From positions 512,001 through 576,000 of the forward strand of contig OZ245777.1 in assembly GCA_965227775.1 (NCBI GenBank): DNA of 64,000 nucleotides. The letters are read 5' to 3'. Origin of the DNA: Phycisphaerales bacterium (lineage in GTDB: Bacteria > Planctomycetota > Phycisphaerae > Phycisphaerales > UBA1924). The first letter of the stretch is position 1, and the number at the start of each line of letters is the position of its first letter. The position numbers and the translations under genes were made by a program. Of this stretch, positions 9,669-17,841 are shown piece by piece. Below the pieces are notes generated by a model. The model worked only from the letters and a program-made list of their open reading frames with translations, was not told the origin of the DNA and did not search any database.

Positions 9669-10370
9669 TCAGGCCGCCTGGCCGCCGCTCTGGCCGCCGG
9701 TCTGCACCTGCTCCTGGTTGCCCGGCTTGCCCATGAACACGACCATGGGCGGCGTCCAGGCACTAAAGCGCGGCGCCCGGTCGGGGCTGCCGGCGCCTGC
9801 GGGGCCCTTGACGCCGCGGATGCGGTAGTAGGCCCGGGCGGTTCCCTGCGGGACGGTTTCATCCAGGGTCTCGCGGGCGGGGATGCTGGCGATGGTGTTC
9901 CAGCTCGTGCCGTCGTCGAGGCTGCGCTGGACCTCATAGAAAGTTCCGCCGGCGAGCGAGCCGTCCCAGGCGATGTCCACCGAGCCCTGGGCCCGCATGA
10001 ACAGCGTGATGTTGGTCGGCACGGCCGGCGGGGCGCTGGGCGTGGGGTCGGCCGGCTCGGGGATGCTGGCCAGCGCGTACACGCCCGCGTCGTCTGTTGC
10101 TTCGGCGAAGGCCTTGATGGTCGCGATGAGCGCCGCGCCGAAGTCGCGCAGGCTGTCAGTGTTCTCGTGGAACTGGATCGTCGCGTCCTTGCTGTTCTGA
10201 CGCTGGGTCAAGGCTTCCTGGTAACTCGTCGAGGCCGTTGCCGTCAGTCCCGCAAGCTCCGTGACCTGCGCTGCGGACAAACCGATCTGCTCGGGGTTGG
10301 CCTGCCATGACGACAGGCGCTGGGTGAAGAACTGGATGACCTCCGAACGCTTCTCGCTCAAGACACTCAT
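9669..10370 (-). CDS. Hypothetical cytoplasmic protein: helical N-domain + Pro-rich linker + FnIII-like domain (paralog of 50416..51081)
   Basis: ATG at 10370 after GAAGGA; PPAVPTNI...VDIAW...YEVQRS...W...YYRIRGV FnIII pattern; no signal peptide; ends QAA. Confidence 0.8.
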   Translation of the reverse strand: MSVLSEKRSEVIQFFTQRLSSWQANPEQIGLSAAQVTELAGLTATASTSYQEALTQRQNSKDATIQFHENTDSLRDFGAALIATIKAFAEATDDAGVYALASIPEPADPTPSAPPAVPTNITLFMRAQGSVDIAWDGSLAGGTFYEVQRSLDDGTSWNTIASIPARETLDETVPQGTARAYYRIRGVKGPAGAGSPDRAPRFSAWTPPMVVFMGKPGNQEQVQTGGQSGGQAA

Positions 10371-10488
10371 TGCGCGAATCCTTCCGCCCCACGAGTGGGA
10401 CTCACCGTTCGCCTCGGCCCCGCGGCACCGTGCCGCGACCGCCTCGGCCTCACGCCCGCGACGATCCATCGCCGCGAGCCAAGACAAC

Positions 10489-10520
10489 GTCGACGGTCCG
10501 GAAAGGCGACTTTGGTCCGA
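10489..10520 (-). promoter_or_regulatory. Promoter-like motif shared with 50265..50296
   Basis: Minus strand TCGGACCAAAGTCGCCTTTCCGGACCGTCGAC vs TCGGACTCAAGCCGGTTCCCGGACCGCTCGAT; both AAG-N16-TCGA, 118 and 119 nt before paralogous starts. Confidence 0.55.
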
Positions 10521-10656
10521 TTCGAGAAGAACGTGAAGATTCTCGGGCGTCCCGATCAGGGTCCCACCGGCCTCGCGACAGCCCAAACAAACACCACGGA
10601 CAATAAGCCGCGTTCTTACAATGACTTTCGCCAATGCAAGGTCCGTATATGGGTCG

Positions 10657-10803
10657 CCGGATGGAACATCCGGCTTGCCTGATGTTGTTTCCGGGGCCTT
10701 CTGGCGAGGATCCGAAGGTCCTGAGTTTGGGTGAGGCGGGCCGGATACTTGGGTGGAGGGGCCCAATGAGACTTTCGGCGAGCCGGAGGACCAGCGGCGG
10801 CGA
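10657..10803. repeat. Degenerate 21-bp tandem array (7 units)
   Basis: Units at 10657, 10678, 10699, 10720, 10741, 10762 and 10783 begin ccggat/cctgat/ttctgg/cctgag/ccggat/cccaat/ccggag. Confidence 0.65.
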
Positions 10804-11112
10804 CGCTGGTCCCTTCCCGGGGTCTTCTATTCGGCGGACGATGTGCCCTTGCGTGCGCGGCCGGCACCGCGATCTACGGGCCTGGCCCCGCGATGCCGTG
10901 GCGATATGGTGTGCTGCTCGGAGGGGATGACGCGGTGCAGCCCTCTGCAGTGCGAGAAGCAAGAGACGGAGGAGGCCGGGTGGGAACGCCGACGCGCCCA
11001 CCCAAACGGCTACCATACTTCACAGGACTGGCGAGGGGCCGCCGCACAGATATTAGTAAGGTGGGCGTGCACGCTGGAAGGAGGAGCCCCGTTGAGAAAC
11101 GAAGCGAAGGAA

Positions 11113-11787
11113 ATGCAAGACATAGGGCTGCAGAAGCTGCCGCGATGGGCAAAGGTCGCCTTTGCGGTGCGATGCGCAAAGCGACTGTACCCCATGCTTG
11201 TCGAAGCCTGGCCCGATGATGAAGAGGGTTTGGTGCATGCTGCTCATGTGGCTATCAATCTCGCGCACCAGGCCGCAGCCAATCCGCAGACAGCACGACC
11301 TGACCCGTTGTGGAAGGCAGCCGACGCCAGTACGGATGTGGGCTACAGGACGCATGCTTCCGGCAATGCAAGCGAGATTGCAGGACAAGCGGCATGGGCA
11401 GCCGCAAAAGCTCTTGTCGGGCAAGGTTCTAATGACGCCGTGAAAGCTGCTATCAACTCGGTCGATGCCGTTCTCGAGACGGCGGACCCAATTCGTCGTG
11501 ACTGCGCAGCCATGCAAGCCATGGCCAAGTTGCAAGACTGGTCCGACGACACGCCGGTTGATCCGGATGCCCTCGGACCGCTCTGGCCCGGTGGTGAGCC
11601 GGAGGGCTGGCCCACGAGTCCGCCGCCCAAGTTCAAGCTCACAATTGACCCCGGTGATGCTACGACCGAAGAGGTGCAGGAACTTCTCGCGGCCGTTTCG
11701 GAACTACACGAGGTGCATACCGGCTATGCGCTGACCTTTCGAACCGATGGCACGCTCATCCGCGCCGGCGAGGAGGTGCGGGTATGA
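11113..11787 (+). CDS. Hypothetical protein with an Ala-rich, Imm5-like helical N-domain
   Basis: AAGGA RBS then ATG at 11113; LPRWAKVAFAVRCAKRL...AAWAAAKA...GPLWPGGEPEGW; visibly lower GC than the flanks. Confidence 0.65.
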   Translation: MQDIGLQKLPRWAKVAFAVRCAKRLYPMLVEAWPDDEEGLVHAAHVAINLAHQAAANPQTARPDPLWKAADASTDVGYRTHASGNASEIAGQAAWAAAKALVGQGSNDAVKAAINSVDAVLETADPIRRDCAAMQAMAKLQDWSDDTPVDPDALGPLWPGGEPEGWPTSPPPKFKLTIDPGDATTEEVQELLAAVSELHEVHTGYALTFRTDGTLIRAGEEVRV

Positions 11788-12371
11788 CAGTGTGGCCGGA
11801 CCCCGGCACCGTCGTGGTCGTCCTTACTGCCTCCGCTGTGGCGCGCTCGAAGTCGTTTCGGGCGATGGCCAGCTACGTCTCGGTATCGTTCGCTGCATCG
11901 ATGAAGGAACGATGTACAAATAGGCCGGCCCCGCGGCTGCGCGAGCTCGAACAGCTTTGCTACGAAAACGTCAAGGCCCAGATCGCCGCCGACGCCGCTG
12001 AGGCGCACAACCGCAAGGTTCAGGCAGCTGTCCAAGCCGACACGGCGCGAATCGGCACCGAGACTTCTGGCCCAGCCACTAGCAAGATCTACGGCCGTCG
12101 CGAGCTCCAACGCATCGAATTCGAGTCCGAAGCCGCCAAGAAGCGGCTTGAGGATGCGCTCGCCCGATTCGAGCGGGCAATCGCGGTCATCGAGGCGAAG
12201 GGTGGCTCGGTCAGCTACGAGCCGGCCGACATGGCCGACGGTGATCCGAAAGAAATACAACAAGTCGAAGTCGATGATTCCGTCAAAGTGGGCATCCGCG
12301 TACCTGATGTTCGCGTTGAATCGAAGGATCACGCTCAATCAGACTCCAACGACACCACCGGATCCGTGTAG
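11784..12371 (+). CDS. Hypothetical protein, coiled-coil
   Basis: ATGA overlap with the upstream gene; GGAGG RBS; charged helical central region. Confidence 0.6.
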   Translation: MTVWPDPGTVVVVLTASAVARSKSFRAMASYVSVSFAASMKERCTNRPAPRLRELEQLCYENVKAQIAADAAEAHNRKVQAAVQADTARIGTETSGPATSKIYGRRELQRIEFESEAAKKRLEDALARFERAIAVIEAKGGSVSYEPADMADGDPKEIQQVEVDDSVKVGIRVPDVRVESKDHAQSDSNDTTGSV

Positions 12372-12476
12372 CTCGCCGAGTCTGATGTCGTCGCGTGAAG
12401 AACCGCGTTTGACGCATGGTGCTCCTACTCACTGGGCCGGGGTTGGTAGGTGGCATCGCTCCTACCCTCCCCTCCC

Positions 12477-14315
12477 ATGACGACGACTGCATCCCAATCC
12501 CCCTCCCAAACCGGCGAAGCCGGAGTCCTCTCCACCGCCCGCACGGGCGACATCCACCTTTGGAGCCAGACCCTCATCCCAACCACGCGCGAGGCACCCG
12601 CCGACGCGACGACGCCCAGCCACGTCTTCCTTGTGCGGGCGGGATTCATCCGGCAGCTGGCCGCGGGGGTGTACGACTACCTGCCGCTGGCCTGGCGGAG
12701 CCTCCGCAAGATCCAGGAGATCGTGCGCCAGGAGCACGAGCGGATCGGGGCGATGGAGATGCTCTTCCCCGCGTTCGAGCCGATGAGCCTGCTGAAAGAG
12801 ACCGGCCGCGACGAGGCGTACGGCGACGACCTGTTCACGCTCGAGGACCGGCACGGGCGGGCGCTCGCGTTGGCCCCTACACACGAAGAACCCGTCGTCG
12901 AGATGATGAAGGGCGCGGTGACCTCGTATAAGCAACTCCCGCTGAGCCTGTACCAGATCCAGACCAAGTTCAGGGATGAACCAAGGCCGCGTTCGGGCCT
13001 GCTGCGCTGCCGCGAGTTCATCATGAAGGACGCGTACTCGTTCCACCTCAGTCAGCAGGGCGAGGGCGGGCTGGACGTGACCTACGACCACTTCTACGAC
13101 GCGTACACGCGGATCTTCACGCGGTGCGGCCTGACGTTCACCGCCGTCGAGGCCGAGAGCGGGCCCATCGGCGGCTCGGCCAGCCACGAGTTCATGGTGC
13201 ACGCCGAGAGCGGCGAGGACAAGGTGCTCGTGTGCCCGGCGAGCGGGTACGCGGCGAACGTGGAGAAGGCGGAGATCGGCGAGCGGGCGTGGTCGTTCGA
13301 CGGTGCTGCCTCGCAGGAGCTGAAGAAGCACCACACGCCGGAGATGCCGGGGATCGAGCTCGTTGCGGGGCACCTGGGCACGACGGCGGCGGGGATGCTC
13401 AAGACGATCGTCTTCGAGCGCGTGCTCAAGGACCCGGACAAGACGAAATACGTCCTGGCCGTCGTGCGCGGCGACCACGACGTGAACGAGGGCAAGGTGC
13501 GCGACGCCGTGGGCTCGGGCGTGAAGCTCGCCGACGAGGCGAAGGCGAAGGCCGACGGGCTGGCGATCGGCTACGTGAGCCCGAGCGCGTTCGCTAGGCT
13601 GACCGGAGCGACGATCGTGGTCGATGCCGATGCGGCCCAGGGCGCGACCGCCTGGGCGACCGGCGCCGACGAGATGGACCACCACGTCACGGGCTGGCAT
13701 TGGCAGCGTGACCTCGGCTACGAGACCGAGAAGCTCAAGGTCGCCGACATCCGCAACGCCGAGGAGGGCGACCCGTCGCCGAGGGCCGAGGGCGCGAGGC
13801 TCGAGACCCAGCGCGGCATCGAGGTCGGCCACATCTTCAAGCTGGGCACGAAGTACTCCGACGCGATGGAGTTCAAGGTGCTCGCTGAGGACCAGAAGCC
13901 GCGGTCGGTCACCATGGGCTGCTACGGCATCGGCGTCAGCCGGACCATGGCCGCGTGCGTCGAGATGAGCCACGACGACAACGGCATCGTCTGGCCGGCG
14001 GCCGTCGCCCCGTACCACGTGCAGATCATCCTCATGAAGCCCGAAGACGAGAAGCAGCGATCCGTCGCGGACGATCTGGCCCAGCAACTGGCCGCGAAGG
14101 GCGCCGACGTCTTGATCGACGACCGCAAGGAGCGCCCGGGCCCGAAGTTCAAGGACGCCGACCTGATCGGCATCCCTGTTCGCCTCACGCTGGGCGACAA
14201 GGCGCTGGACGCCGGGGGCGTGGAGTTCAAGCTCCGCAAGGACCAAGGGAAGGGCGAGGTCGTGCCGATGGCCGAAGTCGTCGATCGCTGCGTGAGCGCG
14301 CTGGAGAGCGCATGA
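12477..14315 (+). CDS. proS: Proline--tRNA ligase (with editing domain)
   Basis: LAPTHEE, YQIQTKFRDEPRPRSGLLRCREFIMKDAYSF, GIEVGHIFKLGTKYS, MGCYGIGVSR. Confidence 0.98.
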   Translation: MTTTASQSPSQTGEAGVLSTARTGDIHLWSQTLIPTTREAPADATTPSHVFLVRAGFIRQLAAGVYDYLPLAWRSLRKIQEIVRQEHERIGAMEMLFPAFEPMSLLKETGRDEAYGDDLFTLEDRHGRALALAPTHEEPVVEMMKGAVTSYKQLPLSLYQIQTKFRDEPRPRSGLLRCREFIMKDAYSFHLSQQGEGGLDVTYDHFYDAYTRIFTRCGLTFTAVEAESGPIGGSASHEFMVHAESGEDKVLVCPASGYAANVEKAEIGERAWSFDGAASQELKKHHTPEMPGIELVAGHLGTTAAGMLKTIVFERVLKDPDKTKYVLAVVRGDHDVNEGKVRDAVGSGVKLADEAKAKADGLAIGYVSPSAFARLTGATIVVDADAAQGATAWATGADEMDHHVTGWHWQRDLGYETEKLKVADIRNAEEGDPSPRAEGARLETQRGIEVGHIFKLGTKYSDAMEFKVLAEDQKPRSVTMGCYGIGVSRTMAACVEMSHDDNGIVWPAAVAPYHVQIILMKPEDEKQRSVADDLAQQLAAKGADVLIDDRKERPGPKFKDADLIGIPVRLTLGDKALDAGGVEFKLRKDQGKGEVVPMAEVVDRCVSALESA

Positions 14316-15040
14316 GCGTGCTGCTCAACGCGAAAGACGTTCACAAGACCTACAAGCTGGGCCGCGTGCCCGTGCCGGTGCTGCGTGGCGCTTCGATCAC
14401 CCTCAAGGAAGGCGAGTGGGTCGCGATCTTGGGCGCCTCGGGCAGCGGCAAGAGCACGCTGCTGCACCTGATCGGCGGATTGGACAAGCCCCAGGACGGC
14501 ACAATCATCTTCCAGGGGCGCGACATCTCCCGCCTCGGGCCGGGCGGGCTGAACCGCTACCGCTCGCGCGACGTGGGCATCGTCTTCCAGTTCTACCACC
14601 TGCTGCCCGAGCTCGACGTGATGGGCAACGTGCTACTGGGCGCAATGACCCAGGGCGTGCTGGGCCGGAAGGTGCCGGCCGAGCGGAGGTCGCGGGCGAA
14701 GGAGCTGCTAACGGCCTTCGGCCTGGGCGAGCGCTTGCGGCACAAGCCGGCTCAGCTCAGCGGCGGCGAGCGCCAGCGGGTGGCGATCGCCCGGGCTCTG
14801 ATCGCCGACCCCCCACTCCTACTGGCCGACGAGCCCACGGGCAACCTCGACCAGCACACCGGTGAGGGCATCCTCGACGCCCTCGAGAAGGTCGTACGGC
14901 CGGATGACCCGGACGCCCCGAAGCGCGCCATGCTCATGGTCACCCACGACCAGCACGTAGCCGAGCGGGCCGACCGGATCGTGCAGATGGTGGACGGGCA
15001 GATCGTCGAAGCCGAGGCGGTCGCACAAGCTAAGGGATAG
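14312..15040 (+). CDS. ABC transporter ATP-binding protein, LolD/MacB-like
   Basis: GASGSGKST, VFQFYHLLPEL, LSGGERQRVAIARAL, ADEPTGNLD, VTHD; ATGA overlap with proS. Confidence 0.92.
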   Translation: MSVLLNAKDVHKTYKLGRVPVPVLRGASITLKEGEWVAILGASGSGKSTLLHLIGGLDKPQDGTIIFQGRDISRLGPGGLNRYRSRDVGIVFQFYHLLPELDVMGNVLLGAMTQGVLGRKVPAERRSRAKELLTAFGLGERLRHKPAQLSGGERQRVAIARALIADPPLLLADEPTGNLDQHTGEGILDALEKVVRPDDPDAPKRAMLMVTHDQHVAERADRIVQMVDGQIVEAEAVAQAKG

Positions 15041-15218
15041 CACTTATTCGGATTGCGGGGTCTCTGGTTGGTCCCCACTAGGTTCCACCCCGCGCCGGGC
15101 GGTGATGGCGCGTAGTATGCTCGCGATTGGGCTCGCCCTGGGGGGCAAGGGGCCGTTCGGTCGCCGAACGCCGTTGCACCCTCGTTGCCGCGGGCCACAG
15201 GGCAGGGAACCCAGCACG

Positions 15219-16082
15219 TTGACACCCACGGGCGCCACCGGACAGCACGCTTCGGCCGACTCGGCCCATACGGCCTCCTCGCCGGCAAGCGGGCGACCAA
15301 TCACGCTGCGCGGTCTGAGTGGCACGGTTCCGGCGACGGTCGAGGAGGTTGGCGCTGGCGCGGCCGTCGTATTCCTGCACGGGCTCGTGGGCCTGAACGA
15401 ACACTGGGAAGAGGTCGTCCGCCTGGCCGAACCGAGCGTGCGGTGCGTGCTGCTGCAGGTGCCGCTGCTCGATCTGCGCGGCGAGGATTGCTCCATCGAC
15501 GGCGTCACGGCCCTGACGATCGATTTTCTCGAGAAGCACTTCGATCACCCGGTCGTGCTCGTGGGCAACAGCTTCGGCGGTCACGTGGCGTTGCGCGTCG
15601 CGTTGCAGCGGCCCAACCTCGTCCGGGGCCTCGTGCTCGCGGGCAGCAGCGGGCTCATCGAGAAGTCGATGGTCAGCGACATCCAGCTCAGACCCAGCCG
15701 TGGCTGGCTGGAACGCAAGATCGGCGAGTTGTTCTTCGATCCCGCGACGCACATGCGCAGCAGCGACATCGAGCGCGCCTACCAGCAGCTCAGCGAGCGC
15801 GGCGGCGCGCGTGCGATGGTCCGGCTCAGCCGCAGCGCTCGGCGGAACCACCTGGGCTCGCGCATGAGCGGCATCGGCGCACCCACGCTGCTGATCTGGG
15901 GTAAGCAGGACATCGTCACGCCGCCCGAGGCCGCCGAGCAGTTCGCATCGATGCTCGGCCGCTCGCGGCTGGTCTGGTTCGACCGCTGCGGGCACGTGCC
16001 CATGATGGAGCACCCCGAACCGTTTGCGCAAGAGCTCGTCGAGTTCGTCGAGTCGCTTGGCCCCGAGAAGCCGGACGGGTAG
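15219..16082 (+). CDS. Alpha/beta fold hydrolase
   Basis: FLHGL, GNSFGG nucleophile elbow, WGKQDIVTP, GHVPMMEH; start codon uncertain (TTG 15219). Confidence 0.88.
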   Translation: MTPTGATGQHASADSAHTASSPASGRPITLRGLSGTVPATVEEVGAGAAVVFLHGLVGLNEHWEEVVRLAEPSVRCVLLQVPLLDLRGEDCSIDGVTALTIDFLEKHFDHPVVLVGNSFGGHVALRVALQRPNLVRGLVLAGSSGLIEKSMVSDIQLRPSRGWLERKIGELFFDPATHMRSSDIERAYQQLSERGGARAMVRLSRSARRNHLGSRMSGIGAPTLLIWGKQDIVTPPEAAEQFASMLGRSRLVWFDRCGHVPMMEHPEPFAQELVEFVESLGPEKPDG

Positions 16083-16091
16083 GCCCCGCAC

Positions 16092-17738
16092 GTGGCACGC
16101 ACCCCGATGACGAACCAGACCGGCGGCCTGCGATGGACCTCGCTCATCGGCGTGGGCCTGCACGCGCGCGTCGCCGGCCGGGCAAAGAAGCTTCGCAAGC
16201 ACGACTACTGGAACGCCAACACCGCGTACATACAGCGCGCCCAGTTGCGTTCACTGCTCGAGCAGGCCAAGGACACCGCGTTCGGCCGTGAGTATGGCTT
16301 CGCAAGCGTGCTGAAGGCAGGCGATGCGGATATCGCGGGCGAGTACCGCAAGGTCGTGCCTGCGCGCGACTACGTGGCGTTCCTGCCCTACGTCCAGCGG
16401 ATGGTCGAGGGAGCCGAGCCGGACGTGCTCTGGCCGGGATTGGTCAAGCAGTTCTGCCAGACGAGCGGCACCACGGCGGGCGACAAGCGCATCCCGATCA
16501 GTGATGCGATGATGAAGAGCAACTTCAAGGCGTCGCTGGACATCTTCTCGCACGCCGTCAACTGGGGCGTGTCGATCCCCAAGCTCTTCGGCGGGCGGGC
16601 CCTGTTCCTTGGCGGTTCGAGCGCGCTCGAGCGGCAGGACAACGGCATGCTCATCGGCGATCTGTCGGGCATCGCGACCCAGCAGATCCGGTGGCCGCTC
16701 AGCGAGATCTATTCGCCGGGCAAGGACATCGCGCTCATGGACCACTGGCCGAGCAAGCTCGACGCCATGGCCGAGCTGACGAGCCAGCAGGACATCCGCA
16801 TGATCAGCGGCATGCCCAGCTGGACCGTCTCGCTCATGGAGAAGGTGCTCACCAAGACCGGCAAGCAACGCATCGATGAGGTCTGGCCCAACCTGACACT
16901 GTTCACGCACGGCGGCGTGCGATACGACCCCTTCGAGCCCACCGTGCGGCGGCTGTTCACCGGCGGCGAGCGCGACATCCCGGTCCGACTGGAGCTATAC
17001 CCCGCGAGCGAGGGGTTCATCGCCGTCCAGGACGAGTTCGGCGAGCCGAGCATGCGCCTCAACGCCGACCACGGCAATTTCTACGAGTTTGTCCGGCTCG
17101 AGGACATCGGCAAGGACGACGCTCCGGCCGTCTGCGCTGATGAGGCCGAGCCGGGCCAGCGATACGTGGTGGTGATGAGCACGTGCGCTGGGCTGTGGCG
17201 GTACGTCATCGGCGACGTCGTGGTCTTCGACAGCGTGCCGAACCGCATGGGCTGGGGCGGGGGGACCGGTCCGGCCCGGTTGCGAATCGTCGGGAGGCAC
17301 AAGCTGTTCATCAACGCGTTCGGCGAGAACCTGATCGTCGAAAATATCGAGACGGCCGTGGCGCACGCAGCCCGCGAGACGGGCATCGAGGTCGGCGAAT
17401 TCACCGCTTCGCCGGTGTATCCAAGCGACGGGGTGCGGTCTGGGCTGCAACTGGCCGTCGAGGTCGTCCGCCAGGGCGACTTGGGGCAGTTCGCAGAGGC
17501 CTTCGACGCCAAGCTCCAAGGCGAGGTGGTCGACTACCGCGTGAAGCGGACCGACGGGCTTGGCATGGCGCCGCCCATCGTGACGCCGCTCGAGCCCGGC
17601 GCGATCCATCGGTGGATGGAATCTCGCGGCAAGCTGGGCGGGCAGCACAAGGTGCCGCGATGCGCAAACCACCGCGAGTTCATGGACGCCCTGGCTGGTC
17701 CCGTCGGAGCAAGCCCGGCGGCCGCGAACCGCCCATAA
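16092..17738 (+). CDS. GH3 (auxin-responsive promoter) family adenylate-forming ligase
   Basis: TSGTTAGDKRIP, YPASEGF, GLWRYVIGDVV, GKLGGQHKVPR. Confidence 0.9.
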   Translation: MARTPMTNQTGGLRWTSLIGVGLHARVAGRAKKLRKHDYWNANTAYIQRAQLRSLLEQAKDTAFGREYGFASVLKAGDADIAGEYRKVVPARDYVAFLPYVQRMVEGAEPDVLWPGLVKQFCQTSGTTAGDKRIPISDAMMKSNFKASLDIFSHAVNWGVSIPKLFGGRALFLGGSSALERQDNGMLIGDLSGIATQQIRWPLSEIYSPGKDIALMDHWPSKLDAMAELTSQQDIRMISGMPSWTVSLMEKVLTKTGKQRIDEVWPNLTLFTHGGVRYDPFEPTVRRLFTGGERDIPVRLELYPASEGFIAVQDEFGEPSMRLNADHGNFYEFVRLEDIGKDDAPAVCADEAEPGQRYVVVMSTCAGLWRYVIGDVVVFDSVPNRMGWGGGTGPARLRIVGRHKLFINAFGENLIVENIETAVAHAARETGIEVGEFTASPVYPSDGVRSGLQLAVEVVRQGDLGQFAEAFDAKLQGEVVDYRVKRTDGLGMAPPIVTPLEPGAIHRWMESRGKLGGQHKVPRCANHREFMDALAGPVGASPAAANRP

Positions 17739-17841
17739 GCCGGCCGCTCGCAGAGAAGCCGCGGGCGCGGCGCACTATCCTTGCATCGCCCGCACACCGC
17801 CCGCGAGAGCCTGGGGCGAGCTTGCCCGTACAAAGCCCTTT

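Noticed and set aside
10753..11112. Upstream extensions of ORFs 10753..11787, 50122..51081 and 50016..51695
   Set aside because: Run-through of intergenic or repeat DNA; RBS-backed starts lie at 11113, 50416 and 51231
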